Source of the DNA: Chrysomallon squamiferum
Lineage: Eukaryota > Animalia > Mollusca
Length of the DNA stretch: 64,000 nucleotides
NCBI GenBank assembly: GCA_012295275.1
Contig: CM022679.1
Location: 13,268,001-13,332,000, forward strand
Direction: 5' to 3'
Under the pieces are notes generated by a model that worked only from the letters and a program-made list of their open reading frames with translations, had not been told where the DNA came from and ran no database searches. Below are positions 35,501 through 50,800 of this stretch, piece after piece. The position numbers were made by a program, and so were the translations under genes. How positions within the stretch are numbered: position 1 is the first letter of the stretch; each line of letters begins with the position of its first letter.

Positions 35501-38500
35501 CATATATCCCTGAAAGTTCCCAAGACATATAAAATAATATAATGTTATGCTGACAATGCCAAAAAGATTTATTCAATGATTTAAAAAACTTATAGATATT
35601 TCACACTGCAGTAATTATGTTGATTAGTCATTATTTTGCAAATTATATATAGTGTTTATTAAATTAGGTATATAAGTTGCAGGGTGTTCCCAAGATATAT
35701 AAAATAATATGGTAGTAACCTGGCCTGGTCCAACATATATCACCCCTATTTTGTGTGTCTCGTAAGGATGAATGTGATCCAACATTTTCACTGCTCGATT
35801 GATGGCCTGTGAAAAAAAAGAAGCAGTAACTTAACAGAATTCAAATCATTTTAATTAATAAATTAATACAAGAATTAACAAATAAAGAAATAAAGAAAGA
35901 AACAATTTTAAAAAATGATCAATTTTATTAACTGCTTATTAATTACAGAGTCCTATAAACAAAACATAATGAGAAAAATTAACATTTTATTGTTTTATCC
36001 TCTATCCAAAAAAAAAATAAAAATGAACCTGAATACCAACATCCATTTGAAAAAATCTAGAAAAATAATATAAAATCAATAAACATGAAAATCCTTTGAA
36101 AATACTTCTCATTATTTATTATTGCAGGTGATTAATGAAGAAGGTAAATTAAGAAATGTAACAGAAAAGAATCAATACCTCAGTTTGTGGAAGCAGTATT
36201 GGAAGATGGTCATGACCCACTAAGTGAGAGTGACTGTGGAAGAGCTGAAGGAACACAAAGCTGGGATTGATTCCACCTTGTTGATCTTTGCCCATGCCAC
36301 GCTTATTCTTGTTTTCCATCACCTCTGGCTGCTGGGTGGTTGCTGGTGACATCACAGATATGGTGTGTCCACGTTTTTTCACTGCTGGAAGCTCTGGAAC
36401 TTCATCCTGTAACCACGATCCATCAGAACTATCTGGGGTAGCTTCAAGTGATGTTTGTATCTGCCTGGCATCTGCTATGGGCATTGATTCTGTTCTTCTG
36501 TCATCTGAAATAGATGACAGTGATCCTGATCTCCTGTTGTCTGCTGCAATGATGGTTCCTATTTTCCTGTTGTCATCCAAAGGCACAGGTCCTCTTTTAT
36601 CATCAACTCTATCAGATTTTGAAATTGTTTCTCCTCTGCTTCCCTGTCTACTGAAACATACCTTTTCCAATGAAGGTTCAGCCAGCCTAACTGTTCCACT
36701 ACTAACATTCTCAGTTAGGTCCACAGAATCTTGACCTTTACCTCCTGACAAACACTCTTTTCCACTTTTCTCTTTACTTTTATCGGAGTTCAACATCATG
36801 ACGTCTTTTGATAGCTTTGAGACTGCTTTTGTATCTTTATCCTGATCACTGAAGCTGTTACTTCTTCTCTTTGTTACTATACTCTTGGTCTCCTTGACTG
36901 GTAGGATTTCACTGTCTTTCTTTTCAATGGGTTTTTCTGCAGGGAATCCACAACCTGAAGCAGGACTGATTGCAACATCAGACAGAAATTCTTTTGGTGA
37001 TGATTCCTCTGAGTATGTCATCAACAGAGAGGGAGATGATGTGCTCTTTCTAAGAGTTACTGATGGAAGCTGATCCATGTCCTGGAGTTGTTCACTATCT
37101 TCATGTCCTGTTTCTGACTGTAATAAATAAATAAAATAAAATAAAATACCATAAAATAAATAAAATAAAATAAAATACTATAAAATAAATATTAAAAAAC
37201 CCAATAAAATTAAAACAAAATAAAATAAATCTCTGTAATTCTGCCCTACTTGTTATTTTAATATATAATAAATATACAACTAAAATAAAACAAAAAACAA
37301 ATAAATAAATGAATTATTTAATTTTCTCATCCTGTGATATAACATATAATAAATAAATAAATAAAAATTCAAAAAAACCCAAACAAATACAGTGGAACCT
37401 CAGTTTATGAACACCTCGAAGCATGAATATATTGGATTACAAACTGTTATCTCAGTTTACAAATAATGTCACAAGTTAAAAATTACAGCGACACGCCACG
37501 TCAACATCTAGTAAAGATAAGAATAGATGCTAACATCAAAATTGAGTTCTAAGTAAGGATTACAGGCATGCCCTATAGCAAATATATATTATGAATTAGG
37601 GCCTTTAGTCTTTGATATGTAGTTGCAGTTCCATAGCAATTGCACTGAGATAGTGCGCTCACATTTTTTAAAGTGTTTCTGCTTTTATGTGTATATTTTT
37701 TTATTATACCCTATCGAACATGGTGCCCAAGAAAACAAAAAGTGAAAGCAATAATGCTGGTGGAAAGTATAAATGTATCACAGTTGAGGTTAAGAAAAAA
37801 ATTTGCAAACATGAGAGTGGTGTTTGTTTGTCTGACATTGCTAGGGATTACAGTATGGCAAAATCGACGATTTGCACCATCCTCAACAAAAAAGAGGTAA
37901 TCAAGACAACCAACTTGCTCAAAGGCGTGACTAAATTAACAAGACAAAGGTCCAAACTTTTAGATGAAGTTGAAAAGCTTCTCTTAATTTGGATCAGTGA
38001 AAAGCAACTTGCAGGAGGTAGCTTTAGTGTGGCAATAATATGCAAAAAGGCAAAGTTTTTGCAGAGTAATTTGTTGTCAAAATCGCCAAGTACTTCTGCC
38101 AGTAGAGGTTGGTTTGAGAAGTTTAAAAAAGAACAGGGTTTCTCAGTGTTATTAGGCATGAGGAAGCTGCAAATTCCAACAAGAAAGAAGTGGAAATATT
38201 TAAGGTGAAATTTGGTAACTTTGTTGGAGATGAAGGCTACATTCCACAACAAGTCTTTAACTAAGATAAGACATGTCTCTTCTTGAAGAAAATGCCAGAG
38301 AGGATGTTTATCACCCAGGAGCAGAAGGCACTGCAGGGGCACAAACCAAAGAAGGACAGGCGTTCGTTGTTGTTATGTGCCAATGCCAGTGGCAACTGCA
38401 AGATTAAGCCACTGTTGGTCTACCAATCAGAAAATCAAGTATAACTTTAACTCATGGACAAACAAGTGATCCCAAACTTCAAGGAACTTCAAGAAACAAA

Positions 38501-41500
38501 GGCTCTCTTTTCAAGGTGTTTTCAGATCATAAATGATACTGATTTGACCATCAGAGACTTCTGGAAAGATCACTTCAATATTTTCCACTGCATCAACCTC
38601 ATAGACAAGCCTGGAACGATGTTTCTACCCGCACTTTGCACTCCACTTGGAGAAAACTTTGGCCAAGGTGTCTACCAGAGAAAGGCTAAGAGTTAATCGA
38701 GTAGACATGGCAGTTACATTAGTGGATGAGATTTTGTCCTTGGGAGAAAATATTTTCCTGGAAGTTGATGGTGATGACGTAGAGGAGCTTATTGAAGATT
38801 ACAGTGAAGAACTCACCACAGAGGAGCTTGCAAATCTCCAGAGTGAACAACTCAAGGCATTAAAGGATGAGCAACTGTCTGACGATAAGGAGGAAAGGAC
38901 TGAGATTTCTACTGCAAGAATAAAATAAATTTGCAGGAAGTGATCTGATATTAAAGATGTTATTGTGAACCATCACCCAAACAAACATGTGTCAAGCAGG
39001 GCAGTGACCTTGATGAATGATAATGTGATGGCACACTTCAGAAACATTATCTGACAAAAAAAGAAACAAATTTCTATTGATTGTTTCCTTATGCAGAAAG
39101 AAGCACAGCCAGATGCCAAAAGACAGCAAAAATAAACTGGCGAAGGAGCGTTCCCCAATGGAAGGAGACTCACTTTCCAAACAATAATTTCATCCTCTTC
39201 ATCACCACTGTCCATCCCTGACACAGAATTTCCACCACTTTGTAAGTCACCATAAAATACATGTATTTAATTTAATGTGTTTTTCTATCTATATCATGGT
39301 TACTTTTTTAAAATTCTGTGTTTATTCCTTGTAAAAAGCCCTGAAAACACTAAAAATAAACTATTCTTGGGGGCTGGAATGGAAAACAAAATATATTTTA
39401 AAGCAGAAAAGCTTTTAAGATAAACATTTAAATTTTGAAATTTCAAGGAAAAAACCACACAATTATGCTCATTTATTAATAAGATGACAAATATTGCTAA
39501 AACTGCAAATCTGGATGAAATTACCTTGTCAAGTTTTAATGTTGAAGATGCATCATCAGAAGTGTCTGTAAAAAAGGAAACAAAAAAGATAATTATTAAA
39601 ATATTTGAAATATAGTGATGTTGTTTTTTATTCTAATGCACATAAAAGTTAAATAAAAATCTTAAACAATGTAAATCTGATATTTTTATATACACTTAAC
39701 TCTATGCAGACAACATTTATATCCAGATTATTTACACAAACTATATACAGTTACATACAAATGTTGTTTTCTTCATCTGAAACAAAATCATTCTATGAAT
39801 TTCTCTTTCTGTTAATTTGTTACTTTAAATAAAACAATGTAACTGAATCACCAAACACAAACAGATGTGAATATTCCTTCTTACACACATTCACAAATAT
39901 ATGTCCACAGATCCCTGTGAACACAAAACATTCTTCTAAAACACCAATGATACAAACTAACAAATGAGTCACATACCTTCAGGAAAATGCTGGGAATACA
40001 GAGTCTCATACTCATCCTCTCCAAGACTCTCACTGTCAATCTTTGCACCGCTGTCAACGTCGGCAGCTGGCTTCTGCCTCAGTGGCGCAAACAGCAACGT
40101 CAGGTCAGGCAGTGTGAGGTCCTGCTGACTGGCGAAGTATCCCGTCTCATTCTCAATACGCATCATCCACGATATGTTACCACTGGCCCCGCGGATGAGG
40201 ATTTCTGCCCAGTTTGTACACCAGCAGTTACACTGGTTTGTACAGAACGCTCTCTTCTCCTGATTCTGACTCTTAATTCCTGAAATAAAACCAGAAATGC
40301 TTTTTTTTTTTTTTTTTTTTTCATTTATACTTTCAATTTTGAAAATACATTAGAAAAAACTCATTAGCAAGACTATTTGTCTGGTAAGCTTGGCAACAGA
40401 TGTGAATTGAATTTTTGTTCCCATTACTTAGCAAAATCAAATACATACATCAGATGAAGAGAGTGAAAAAAAACAACAATAAAACTTTCACATTACCCAT
40501 TATTCTATCAAATCCTGTAAAAATTTGAGTTGCTGAAAAATATTTGTCAAATTCATACATCACACAAAATCAGAAAATTAAATTAAAATCGTTCCCATTA
40601 CCTAGCAACAGTGCTTCAAGAGACTCATTCTCAAGCCACGATCCAGACAGAGATGTTCCTGTCTGCACGCCAACTTCGTCCCTGTCAGCACTGAACAACA
40701 CATCGTCAGACGGCAAGCTCATGTCATCTCTCGACCATCGCAGTCGTCCTTCACTTTCGTCAGTGCTGATGACGCTGGGAGACAGGTGGGTGTGACTCAG
40801 ACTGAGGCATGCAGCTGACTTGTGACGTCGTCTGTCGTGTTTGGGTTGGGGTGGAGGTTTTGATTCATATGATTCTTGATACAGAGCTAGACACTTTTCA
40901 CACAGTCCTGTGTTGCCAACTTTGGCTCCACCTCCACTGGTTGTTATGGTTATGATGCGGTTACCATGCAACCATGTCTGACTCTGTCCTCCTGATAATA
41001 GAAACTGGACCAGATGTGATCTGAAAATGTAGATAAAAAAAAACCTGCTAGCCAAACATTTATTACAAATTAATTGTTAATGAAATAAAATATGTGTTAT
41101 ACCATTGTGGCATAGCAGCAAAGTTTCAAAAAGTATGTATCTTAAAATTTATCATTATCCTATGAAAAACAGAACTAAACAAATATTTGTTTCAATTTAC
41201 TTTCAAAGGAAGTAAAATCAAATCTCCATGACATCTGTGTGACAAGGCAGCAAAGTTTCCAAAAGTGTATCTTCAAATATATCATTATTCTTTGAAAAAA
41301 CTTGTGCTACACAAATATTTATTCTAAATTAATTATTAATGAAATGAAATACTTTTTTTACATCTTTGTGGCACGACAGCAAAATTTCCAAAAGTTTTTA
41401 ATCTTTCAATTTATCACTATTGTATCAGAACACTTAAATTACAGTTCTTTAAAAAAATGTGTGCTAGCCAAGTAATTGTTCCAATTTAATTCTTGAGAAA

Positions 41501-42456
41501 ACAAATCTGAACCTGTGTGGCATGGCAGCGAAGTTTCCGAATGTGTATCTGGCCATGACGTCTGTGCAGGTTTCAGTGAGTTCTTTATGGAACTGTGACA
41601 TCTTCTCATTCATCAGTGGACGGCGTTCTCGCTGCTGCAACATCGACGCTCCCGTCGATCTTCGGAATCTAGAAAGACTTCGAAAAATAACTGTTTCTGT
41701 CCGATAGCAACAATACTTCTACCAACTGTCTGTTGTTCAGTGGTTAAAATATCTGTGTTAGGCAATCTGTTTCACTGTTCTGGCTATAATAGCTTATCAA
41801 AGACACGGATGTAATTTGCTGCCTCAGGGAAGGTGTGTGTGTGTAAATGATTTCTTGCTATTATCCTGTGAAATTAGCCCATGGAATGATTACTATGGGT
41901 ATCAGTTTGTATGTCATATATGTATGTGTGTGTGTGTGTATTTATGTATGTATGTTTGTACCAAAAAGACACTCTAATACTGTATAGGATATCCTAAGAG
42001 ATAAGTATGTTTTGACAACTAAGTAAGTAAAATCAAACTTACCTGCTTTGTGCTCCTTCTGTATAGGAGCCAGATCGACTCCTGTCTCTGGAGTCTTGAT
42101 TCTGCAGATGAATTACTGAATTCTCCTCAAACTGCTGTAACACATTTGCCTTCAAACTCTGAAACCAATTTAACAAAACACAGCTGACTTTCATGTCTTT
42201 TATAAACTTGTGATAATAATTAAGGCTTTAAATTCTATTTCTCCTATGTTGTTATAAGAGTCTGCAAAGAATATGTCAACGATTATTACTGATAACCTTA
42301 ACATCTGATATCTTGCAGTTTAAATCAACAGTAACATAATAAACACTTTGAAAATTTTCCCATTCCAGCCAGAGCCTCATAGCTGGTTTATTAAAGACCC
42401 CTCTGTGTACTTTCTCAATGGAAAGAAGTGGATATAATATCTCGGTTGCACCTCTC

Positions 42457-42487
<31 letters not shown>

Positions 42488-45400
42488 CACACATATATAT
42501 TTATTATGTATATATTACATTAGACTTCTAAAAACTGCCAATAATAATTGTGTGACGATGTTGTTAAACAAATATTTATCAATTAAAAAGGAATTGATCA
42601 GTTCAGTTACTAAATAATTAAAGCAACATTTCTGTAGTGACAGTGTAATAAGTTTACCTTCTGAATAAATTTAACAAATGCTTTTCTAAAAGGCAGACGG
42701 CATCGGATGAACCAGATAGCAATGACATGATGAGCCAGTGATACAGTGTAGTGACTGAATCTGAATAATAAATAAATAAAGAAATAAATAAAGAAAGAAA
42801 GAAAGAAATAATTAAATAATTAATTAATTAATTAATTAAATTAAAGTATTAGTTAACAGTCTCTTATTCTGAACTTTACTTTCAATAATTCAACAAAACA
42901 AACCAAAAAATCATCTATATTTATTTGTATATGAATGTATGTGTGGATATGAGTACGTACATCCATACTCCATAAGCATGTATCTATATTTTTCAAATTT
43001 GACCTCTAGTTTTAATCAAAGTTATTTTTTATGTGGTCTTTGTACATCAGTATGACAAAATATTCTAGAAATATCATGTGCTTGTATATTATAGAATAGA
43101 ATTATAAAATTGTTAAATCTTGTTCTCTGCAAACTGTGATGTGTTAACTGAAGCTTACTTGAAAGGGTTAGTATATGGAAGAGCTATGGCAAACACACTC
43201 ATGTACTGATCTTCTACAAAGTTAATGTAGAGATTCTGTTGTCTCACAATGCCTGAAACAAAATGTTAATAACATCAGGTTATTAAAGTGAACTGGTTGC
43301 ATCCATCACATCACTGATGAACTTTACAACACAATAAAATAAATTGTTTTTTAAATTCAGCTAAATCCTAAACAAATTTGTCACGCTAAGAATTCAGTAA
43401 TATATGAAACATTTTGAAAAAACTTGAATTTAGCCTAATTTTATTAAACATTTCAGCTCAATGAATGATTAAATATCAAAATATTTTTATAAACCATGCA
43501 CATATTTTTAAACATAAAAAAATCATAAATAAATAATAATAAAAAAAAACTTAACATTTTAATCTTACCTTATTTTAATATATTTTAAACAAGTAGATTA
43601 TTAAATAATTTTATATTTTAATCTTACACTATGATGAAAATATATTTAAGATACTATCACTTAAGCTAAGTAAAATCAAACTGTTTATTACTAACTTGAG
43701 AGGAAAGCCAGGACAGGAATAGCCATTGAGATGGTTGCAGAGATCTTGGACAGAGACAGTAAGACAGATGGAAGCAGCCTCATTACGACATCCTGCATCT
43801 CCAGCGATGAAATACGAAGTGCACTGACACAAACCTTGGCGCACTTTGACACCAGCCCAAATTCCAAGCACTTGATTAGTTCACGCTGAGGAGAGAGTTA
43901 AAATATAAAATTTGAAAATGAAAATAAACATTAAAAATAGTTATTAAACATACACAGGTTTGTCTTAAAATCTATCTTCAGCATTTTGTTCAGATATAAA
44001 AAAAAAAAAATTTAGTGGAATTTACCTAAATAAATAAATAAATAAATAAATAAATATGCATTACAGTTTCACAAAAATGAAAGAAAAGATAAAGGAAATA
44101 ACATACACAGCTTTGTAAATAAAAAAAACATATCATTTTTCTTCTAAATATTAATGAAAAAAACAGAAAACCTGTAATCTGATATGATGAGCATCAACTG
44201 AGTCTAATAAAAAATAAAATGTACAAATTTCTGTTTAAATAACAATAACCTGTCTCGTTCTGTCCAGGTAATCATGGTATGTTACCATGGCAGCCAGGAC
44301 AGGAAATATGTAAGTGTGAAAATCAGAACGTGTGAACTTTGTAGGTAAACTCTGAAGTTTTTCAGGAAATCCAAGTGATCTGTCATTTACCTGAAAAATA
44401 AATAATTAAATAAATTTATAAAAACAAATAAAAGAATTTTATATTATTATATTTTCATTTTATTTCTTAAATTATTTCATTATTTCTTTATTACACTGAC
44501 TGTAAATTATAACAACACTTTACATGAACAAGATCTAAAAAAAAATGTATTCCTGATAAATTGGAATATTTAAATATCCACTATATCCTGATTAACTGAA
44601 TTACATAAATATTAATTATATAAAATATAAAATTTAAATGCATTATAAATTTGTTTAATTGAAATGTAAGTAAATATTATAAAATTTCTGAACTAAATAT
44701 TATTCTATTTTTAAACCATACTATTCTATTTTTAAATTAAATATTATATTATATTTTTTTTTACAAAGTAAATATTAACTCACCATTGAACACAGTTTGT
44801 GACAAAGGTTATCAACCAGTTGTTGATCAGCAGAAAGTATTAATGTTTTATTCTGAAGGACTAAAGGCAAATTTTCTAAGACACACTTGAGAACATCCCA
44901 GTCAAATTCCTGTTGAATACAAAAATAGTTTGACAATATCACTCATTAAATTTATAAAATATTTATAAGAAATTAGCTTCAGTTCAGTGATCACACACAG
45001 AAATAAATAATAATGTGTATTTTTAAACTTAACAAATACTGAAATCACTATGATAATTTTCATAGGTAACTTATATTGAGGTCTTAAGAAAACAGTTTCA
45101 GTCCATTGATCAGATAGAGAAATATCAAAGCGTATTTTCAAAATCAACAAGAACAATACTAAACTTATTTTTACAAAAGCCATGTCATTATTTTAACTCT
45201 ACGATAAAAGAAGAAATAAGATGGTAAAAATATTTTAATTATTAATAAAATGCATATCACTTTTAAGATAAAAGTAATAACTTTCATATTCTAACTACAA
45301 AATATAAAAGTGACATTTAAAACAAAAACACAAAAAATAAAATAAAATAACAAATGTCTTGTTTTTAAATGACAGAGGTTGCTACAGAAATAAATACAAG

Positions 45401-46172
45401 TAAATGTTTAAGTAAACATTTTTTATTATAATTTAAGAAATATATACAAGTAAATATATAAGGTAATAGCAAAAACATTCAAAATGTATTTGTGATTATG
45501 GTTTAGATAAATATATAAGGTAATAGATAGTAAAAAAAAACATTCAATACATATTAAAGAGTAAAATTTAAGAAATATATAACACTAAATATATAAGGTG
45601 ATAGTAAAAACATTCAGTATATATTTGTGATTGTAACTTACATGTTCAAGACACATGATAAACAACTTGAATGTTTCTGTATAGCTGATCACTGAGGGAA
45701 GCTGAAACCAAGATGAATGCACTGCTGTGGGACTTGATGGAACTTCAACACTTTTGTCTTCACTGAAAAACACCAATATTAAAGCCTTTAATATCAAATC
45801 AGCTTTAAAAGTTTATATATGAATAGATCTGTTATTATATGTGCTCTATTCTTCAAAAGTAACCTGGTATATTTCTATCCAATGAATTTTATCTGTATTA
45901 AGAATTTGTATGTATTTTATGATTTTGTGTGTCATTTTATGTATGTAAATATGTTTCATGAATATGTATGTCTTTACTGGATGAACATGTTTAATGAATA
46001 TGTATATATATTTTATGAATGTATATTTGTTTATTATTCAATATATGATTTTTATTTAGTGCCAGCATACATGTCTACAGAAGTCAAACATATTATCAAT
46101 CATAACAACAATAATGACAAAGAACAAGAACAATAATGATGTTACTAACAATAATAATTATGATGATGATGA

Positions 46173-46226
<54 letters not shown>

Positions 46227-47814
46227 TAAGCTGTAGATTATAATTTCAACATACCTCTCTTTGCAGACAATGTAATGACTGTATGCAAAATGACTGTCAG
46301 AGGGACGGTCAGAGGGACGGTCAGCGAGACCCAGTCTATGCAGACTATCTGATCGCAGCTGCAGCAACATTTCCATTATCTTGTAAAAAAAAAAAAATTA
46401 ATATTAAATGATACTTTTAATTAAAACTGCATGATGGAACACTGAACCCAAATTATTCATAACAATAAATAAACAGGTTTTTGAAAATTTATATAGTGAA
46501 ATAATGTATAGATAATAGATCAATATCAAGGAAACTTGGAACAGAAGGTGACTAGATGTCAGGAGTTTTGGATTTTCTAGCTTAACGTATATTTAAACAT
46601 AAAATAAACAATGAACAGCAAAGAATTAAGCCGTATTTAACAAACATAAATTAATATAGTTCTTAATCTGGTTTTCTGGAATCTGGATAAATAATCTGGT
46701 ACCTGTAACTGAAAAACACACACAAAATAACTCATACTCACAGCTTTGCGAACAATACATGCAGAATTACTGGTGTATTTCTGAGTGTACTGGGTGGTCA
46801 TGTGACCTATGAGCAGCTCATATACCTTCAAACAGTGGCTGGATGGAATCTGATAAAGCTTTGACTAAAAGTAAAGAAAGGTCATTCTCAGCATATTTAG
46901 AATTTTCTCTGAACTGCCATGCTAAATTAAACACAAAACCTATCTAATGCAACCTGAACAGTTCTGTTATAATGAGCAGAAAAAATAATCTTCAAAACTC
47001 TAAAAACAAAAGCTGTTAACTAACAATAACCAAGGTAAAAATGAACAAAGAACTTTTTCCCATCATTTAAAAATGCACCTACAATATCATGTACAAATAA
47101 AAATTATCCCAGTATAATATAAGATACTATTATATAATTATAATAATTATATATAGGAAACAAAACAACAACTGTCTTTCAGAAAAGCCTTAGCTCACTA
47201 TCACATGTAAAATGTATTCAGTTTAAAGTAACATAATTTAGCTGAAACATTCATAAAATTATTAAAAACATTTTACTGACTGCTTACTTTACAATTTTCC
47301 CATAGCTTGCATTATCCCATAAATGTTTATTAAAAATATATTTTAGTTACAGCTTACTTAAAATTTTTCTCCCCACAGGGAAGTTACACCATAAAGGAAT
47401 TTAAAAAAAAAAAATGAAACAGTTTTGTAACTGCATACTTTAAAAATTATGTTCCCATAGGTTACGTTATTCCTTAAATTACTAAAAAGATTTTTAAGAC
47501 AGCTTACTTTAAATATTTTGTTCCCATGGATTACATTATTCCATAAATTACTAAAAAGGTTTTTGTGACTGCTTACTTTAAAAACCTCTACAAGTTTAAG
47601 GACAGCAGTTTTGATGTCAACAATCTGACCCTCATCCAGTCTGTGCACATCAGTACCATCAGCTGCATGCATCGGTCGTCTTAGTAACTGCAGAAAAAAA
47701 TACAAAAAGTGAATAAATAATAATAATAATAATAATAATATTAACAATAATAATTACAATAACAATAATAATAATAATAATAAAATAATAATATAATAAT
47801 AATAAAAAAAAAAT

Positions 47815-47846
<32 letters not shown>

Positions 47847-50800
47847 AATAAATAAATAAATAAACCAATAAATAAATCCTATTTAAAATCAAAACTGATT
47901 ATTACTTTTGCAAAATAATATAAAAATTTTAAAAAAAGTTAATTTAAATTTTCTTTTACATCATATTTAAAGCCAAAAGATATATGCATAAAACAAAATT
48001 AAAAACTATTATAAATTACATTAATTTTTTGTTTTCGTCATTTTTTCCTACTATACCTTTTCTACAAGGACGATGATGTCCATGAAGTCTGACGTGTTGC
48101 AGTCTTTGGCCAGCATGAGAAGCATTTCAACAGCCACTCGTCTCACTTCAGGGTCAGGGTCGTTCTCAATGTGACCAAGTTGTGGAATAACAACATTCTC
48201 CATTAAGTCAGACTGCCAAGAAGAAAAATGAGTTTGTGAAACCGTTTTAAAATGCTACAAATATTATAGAAAAACTGAAACAAGATTATCAAGGTGAACA
48301 ATTAAATCAGAATTTGTGAAATAATTTTTTAAAAACTTAAAAATACTTGAAAATACCAAAAAGAATATTTAATCAAAACTTGTGAAAAAATTTTGAAATA
48401 TAAAAAATAATTTTAGATGGTGAAAAATTGTTCAAAAAATGAAATCAAAATAATAAAAAATATAAAAACTCATATTAAAAAAACATCATGAAGGAGAAAA
48501 CAGATTTATTAATTAAGAAAGGCAGTCAATATTCTTCTAAACAAATGTCTATTTAAAATATTAGCTCTGAAAAATTTTACAAGAATAAAAGTTAATAAAT
48601 GTGGTTTGTAAAAAACATTATTAAAAAAATATATCAATTACTGAATTAAATCTATAAAATCTTATCAATTCATTATTAAATAGAAATTTTGAAAAATAAA
48701 TAAATTATTTTTCTTACTTGTTGGACTGGATGATAAACATAAAAAAAAAGCCATCTTTGTGCTTACCTCATAAACATGTTTGTTGATACTCAGAATAAAT
48801 GATAGAACATCTAGAGCCTTCTTCCTTATTTCTGTCCTAGTCTCCTGTCTGCAAAATAGTTTCAGCATGAGAAACAACAAAAATAAACATACATATAATA
48901 GCATATCAAAACTATTTTTTTAATGAGTTAACAGTTATAAAATAAAATAATTAAGGTCTTTTTAACCTTTTTTTTGTTTTTTTGTTTTTTTGTTTTTATA
49001 TATAATTATCAAAGACAGCCAGAAAACTCACTTGAAATACTTTTCTAGAATAAGATTAAGATTCTGGATCCAGTTTTCCTTTCCTGGGTGGATTGACTCT
49101 GCATGATAATCTATCAAAGTGGACACAGACTTCTCCTAAAAACAAAAACAATTTCTTTACTTAACTATGCAGTTAACATACTTTTAAACAACAATTAAAT
49201 ATCATCATGGATATAGTAATCTACTGCCATAGTGCAAAAGGGTATGTTTTTCCAACTAGTAGCAGTAACATATACACCTTTCAGTATAAGTGAAATCAGA
49301 AACTACAATCTTTGGTCACTGTTTGTAGGCATGGGCTATAAATAGATACTGGTTATATCAGTGAAATAAATAATTAGAACCTACTAAGTTAATTAAATGA
49401 GACTAAAAATGAAATGTGACAAACTTCATATTTAAAAGTTTAACAGAAATATTGAAACTAATTGGTCTCAAGTCAAATACTTATTTCTGTTCTCTCTCTC
49501 TCTCTCTCTCTCTCCATTTTACTAACGGTAATGGTAATCTAAATCAAATTATGTGAATTAAATTTTATAAATTTCTGTTTAAATCATGCACAAAAGCAAA
49601 ACATTACTATCAGATTTATTTTTCAAAGAGATTTTCTTTATGTATAATTACACTGGAAATAAATCTCAATGACTATAAACAAAAAAAACTCACTGATCTC
49701 TTGTTGACACAGAGTTCTATGATTTTGAAAAATCGCGATACTGAGCCCATAAAATGTCCCTTCTCATGGAGTTCTTCAATTGTTGTCAAAACATCATGTA
49801 CCTCCATTTCCATACTGTCCTGCATCTGAACAGTTTCAGTCATATTAAATATAATAAATATACATTTTGTTTTCATTGGTCTTGTCATGACAATTATAAT
49901 CAATCTTGTATTAAAAAATTATAACTGATAAAATAAAAATCTAGTGAAATTTTGTTATTCTCTGGTCTTGTGAAACAATAATCTGTCTCATGTTACAAAA
50001 TGATAACTATTAAAATCTAATGTATTTTGTTTTGTTTTAATTTAATTAATAAATTACTTTTAACATGAAAGTAAACTTTATTAGCATCAGTAGAAAACAG
50101 ATTATTTATTGAGGATTTTAAGCATGTATATATATTTTTTATATATTACACACTTATTGCAATGTCATTCTATTACCTCTAACTGTCTCAAAAGTACTTC
50201 AATAATATCAAGAATAATTTCCCAGGTGATATGGTTACTATCCTTGCCATACTTTTTTACAAGTCGTTGAATAGAGAGGACAACTTCATATGCAACAATT
50301 TCATTATTTGTTGACAAAGCCTGTAGGAAAAAAAATTATTAACAATAATAATAATAATAATAACAATAATTAATAAATAATAAATATAAAAAAACAAAAG
50401 CTCCAAATAAATGAAAATTTAATGTGAAACATTATAAATTAAAAACAAAATTCCTTTATCATTTCTTAAAAACACATGTAATAATATTAATAATATTTTA
50501 TGTCACAGATTAGTATTTTAGCTTCTTTCAATTTATTATTAACAGACTAAAAAATTATATTTTAAAAAACCCAACAACTAACAAATCATTTTAGTCTGAT
50601 AATTAAACAAAAAACACAAACAAATACTACAGATATATGAATTACAAAATATGATAATGGAAGAGTACTACTAATAAATGTACTTGACAAAGTGTTAACA
50701 AACCTGAAGAAAAGATGGAAGAACAGAAGAAGGGGTGTGTTTTAATGTTGGGACGAGTCTGGATCCCCATAATGCCATTCCTATGAAGAAAACAGCACCT

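Noticed and set aside
36288-36734. 148-aa + strand ORF
   Set aside because: It is the antisense shadow of the large TSC2 exon 37117-36179.
37687-38208. Domesticated TIGD/CENP-B-like gene
   Set aside because: The catalytic region is frameshifted with stops, and a transposon end is still attached.
37848-38342. 164-aa - strand ORF
   Set aside because: It is antisense to the Tigger transposase remnant and has no independent coding signal.
46703-46708. 6-nt microexon-like TTACAG (ttttcag|TTACAG|gtacca) in TSC2
   Set aside because: It lies only 33 nt from the upstream donor, too short for a spliceable intron.
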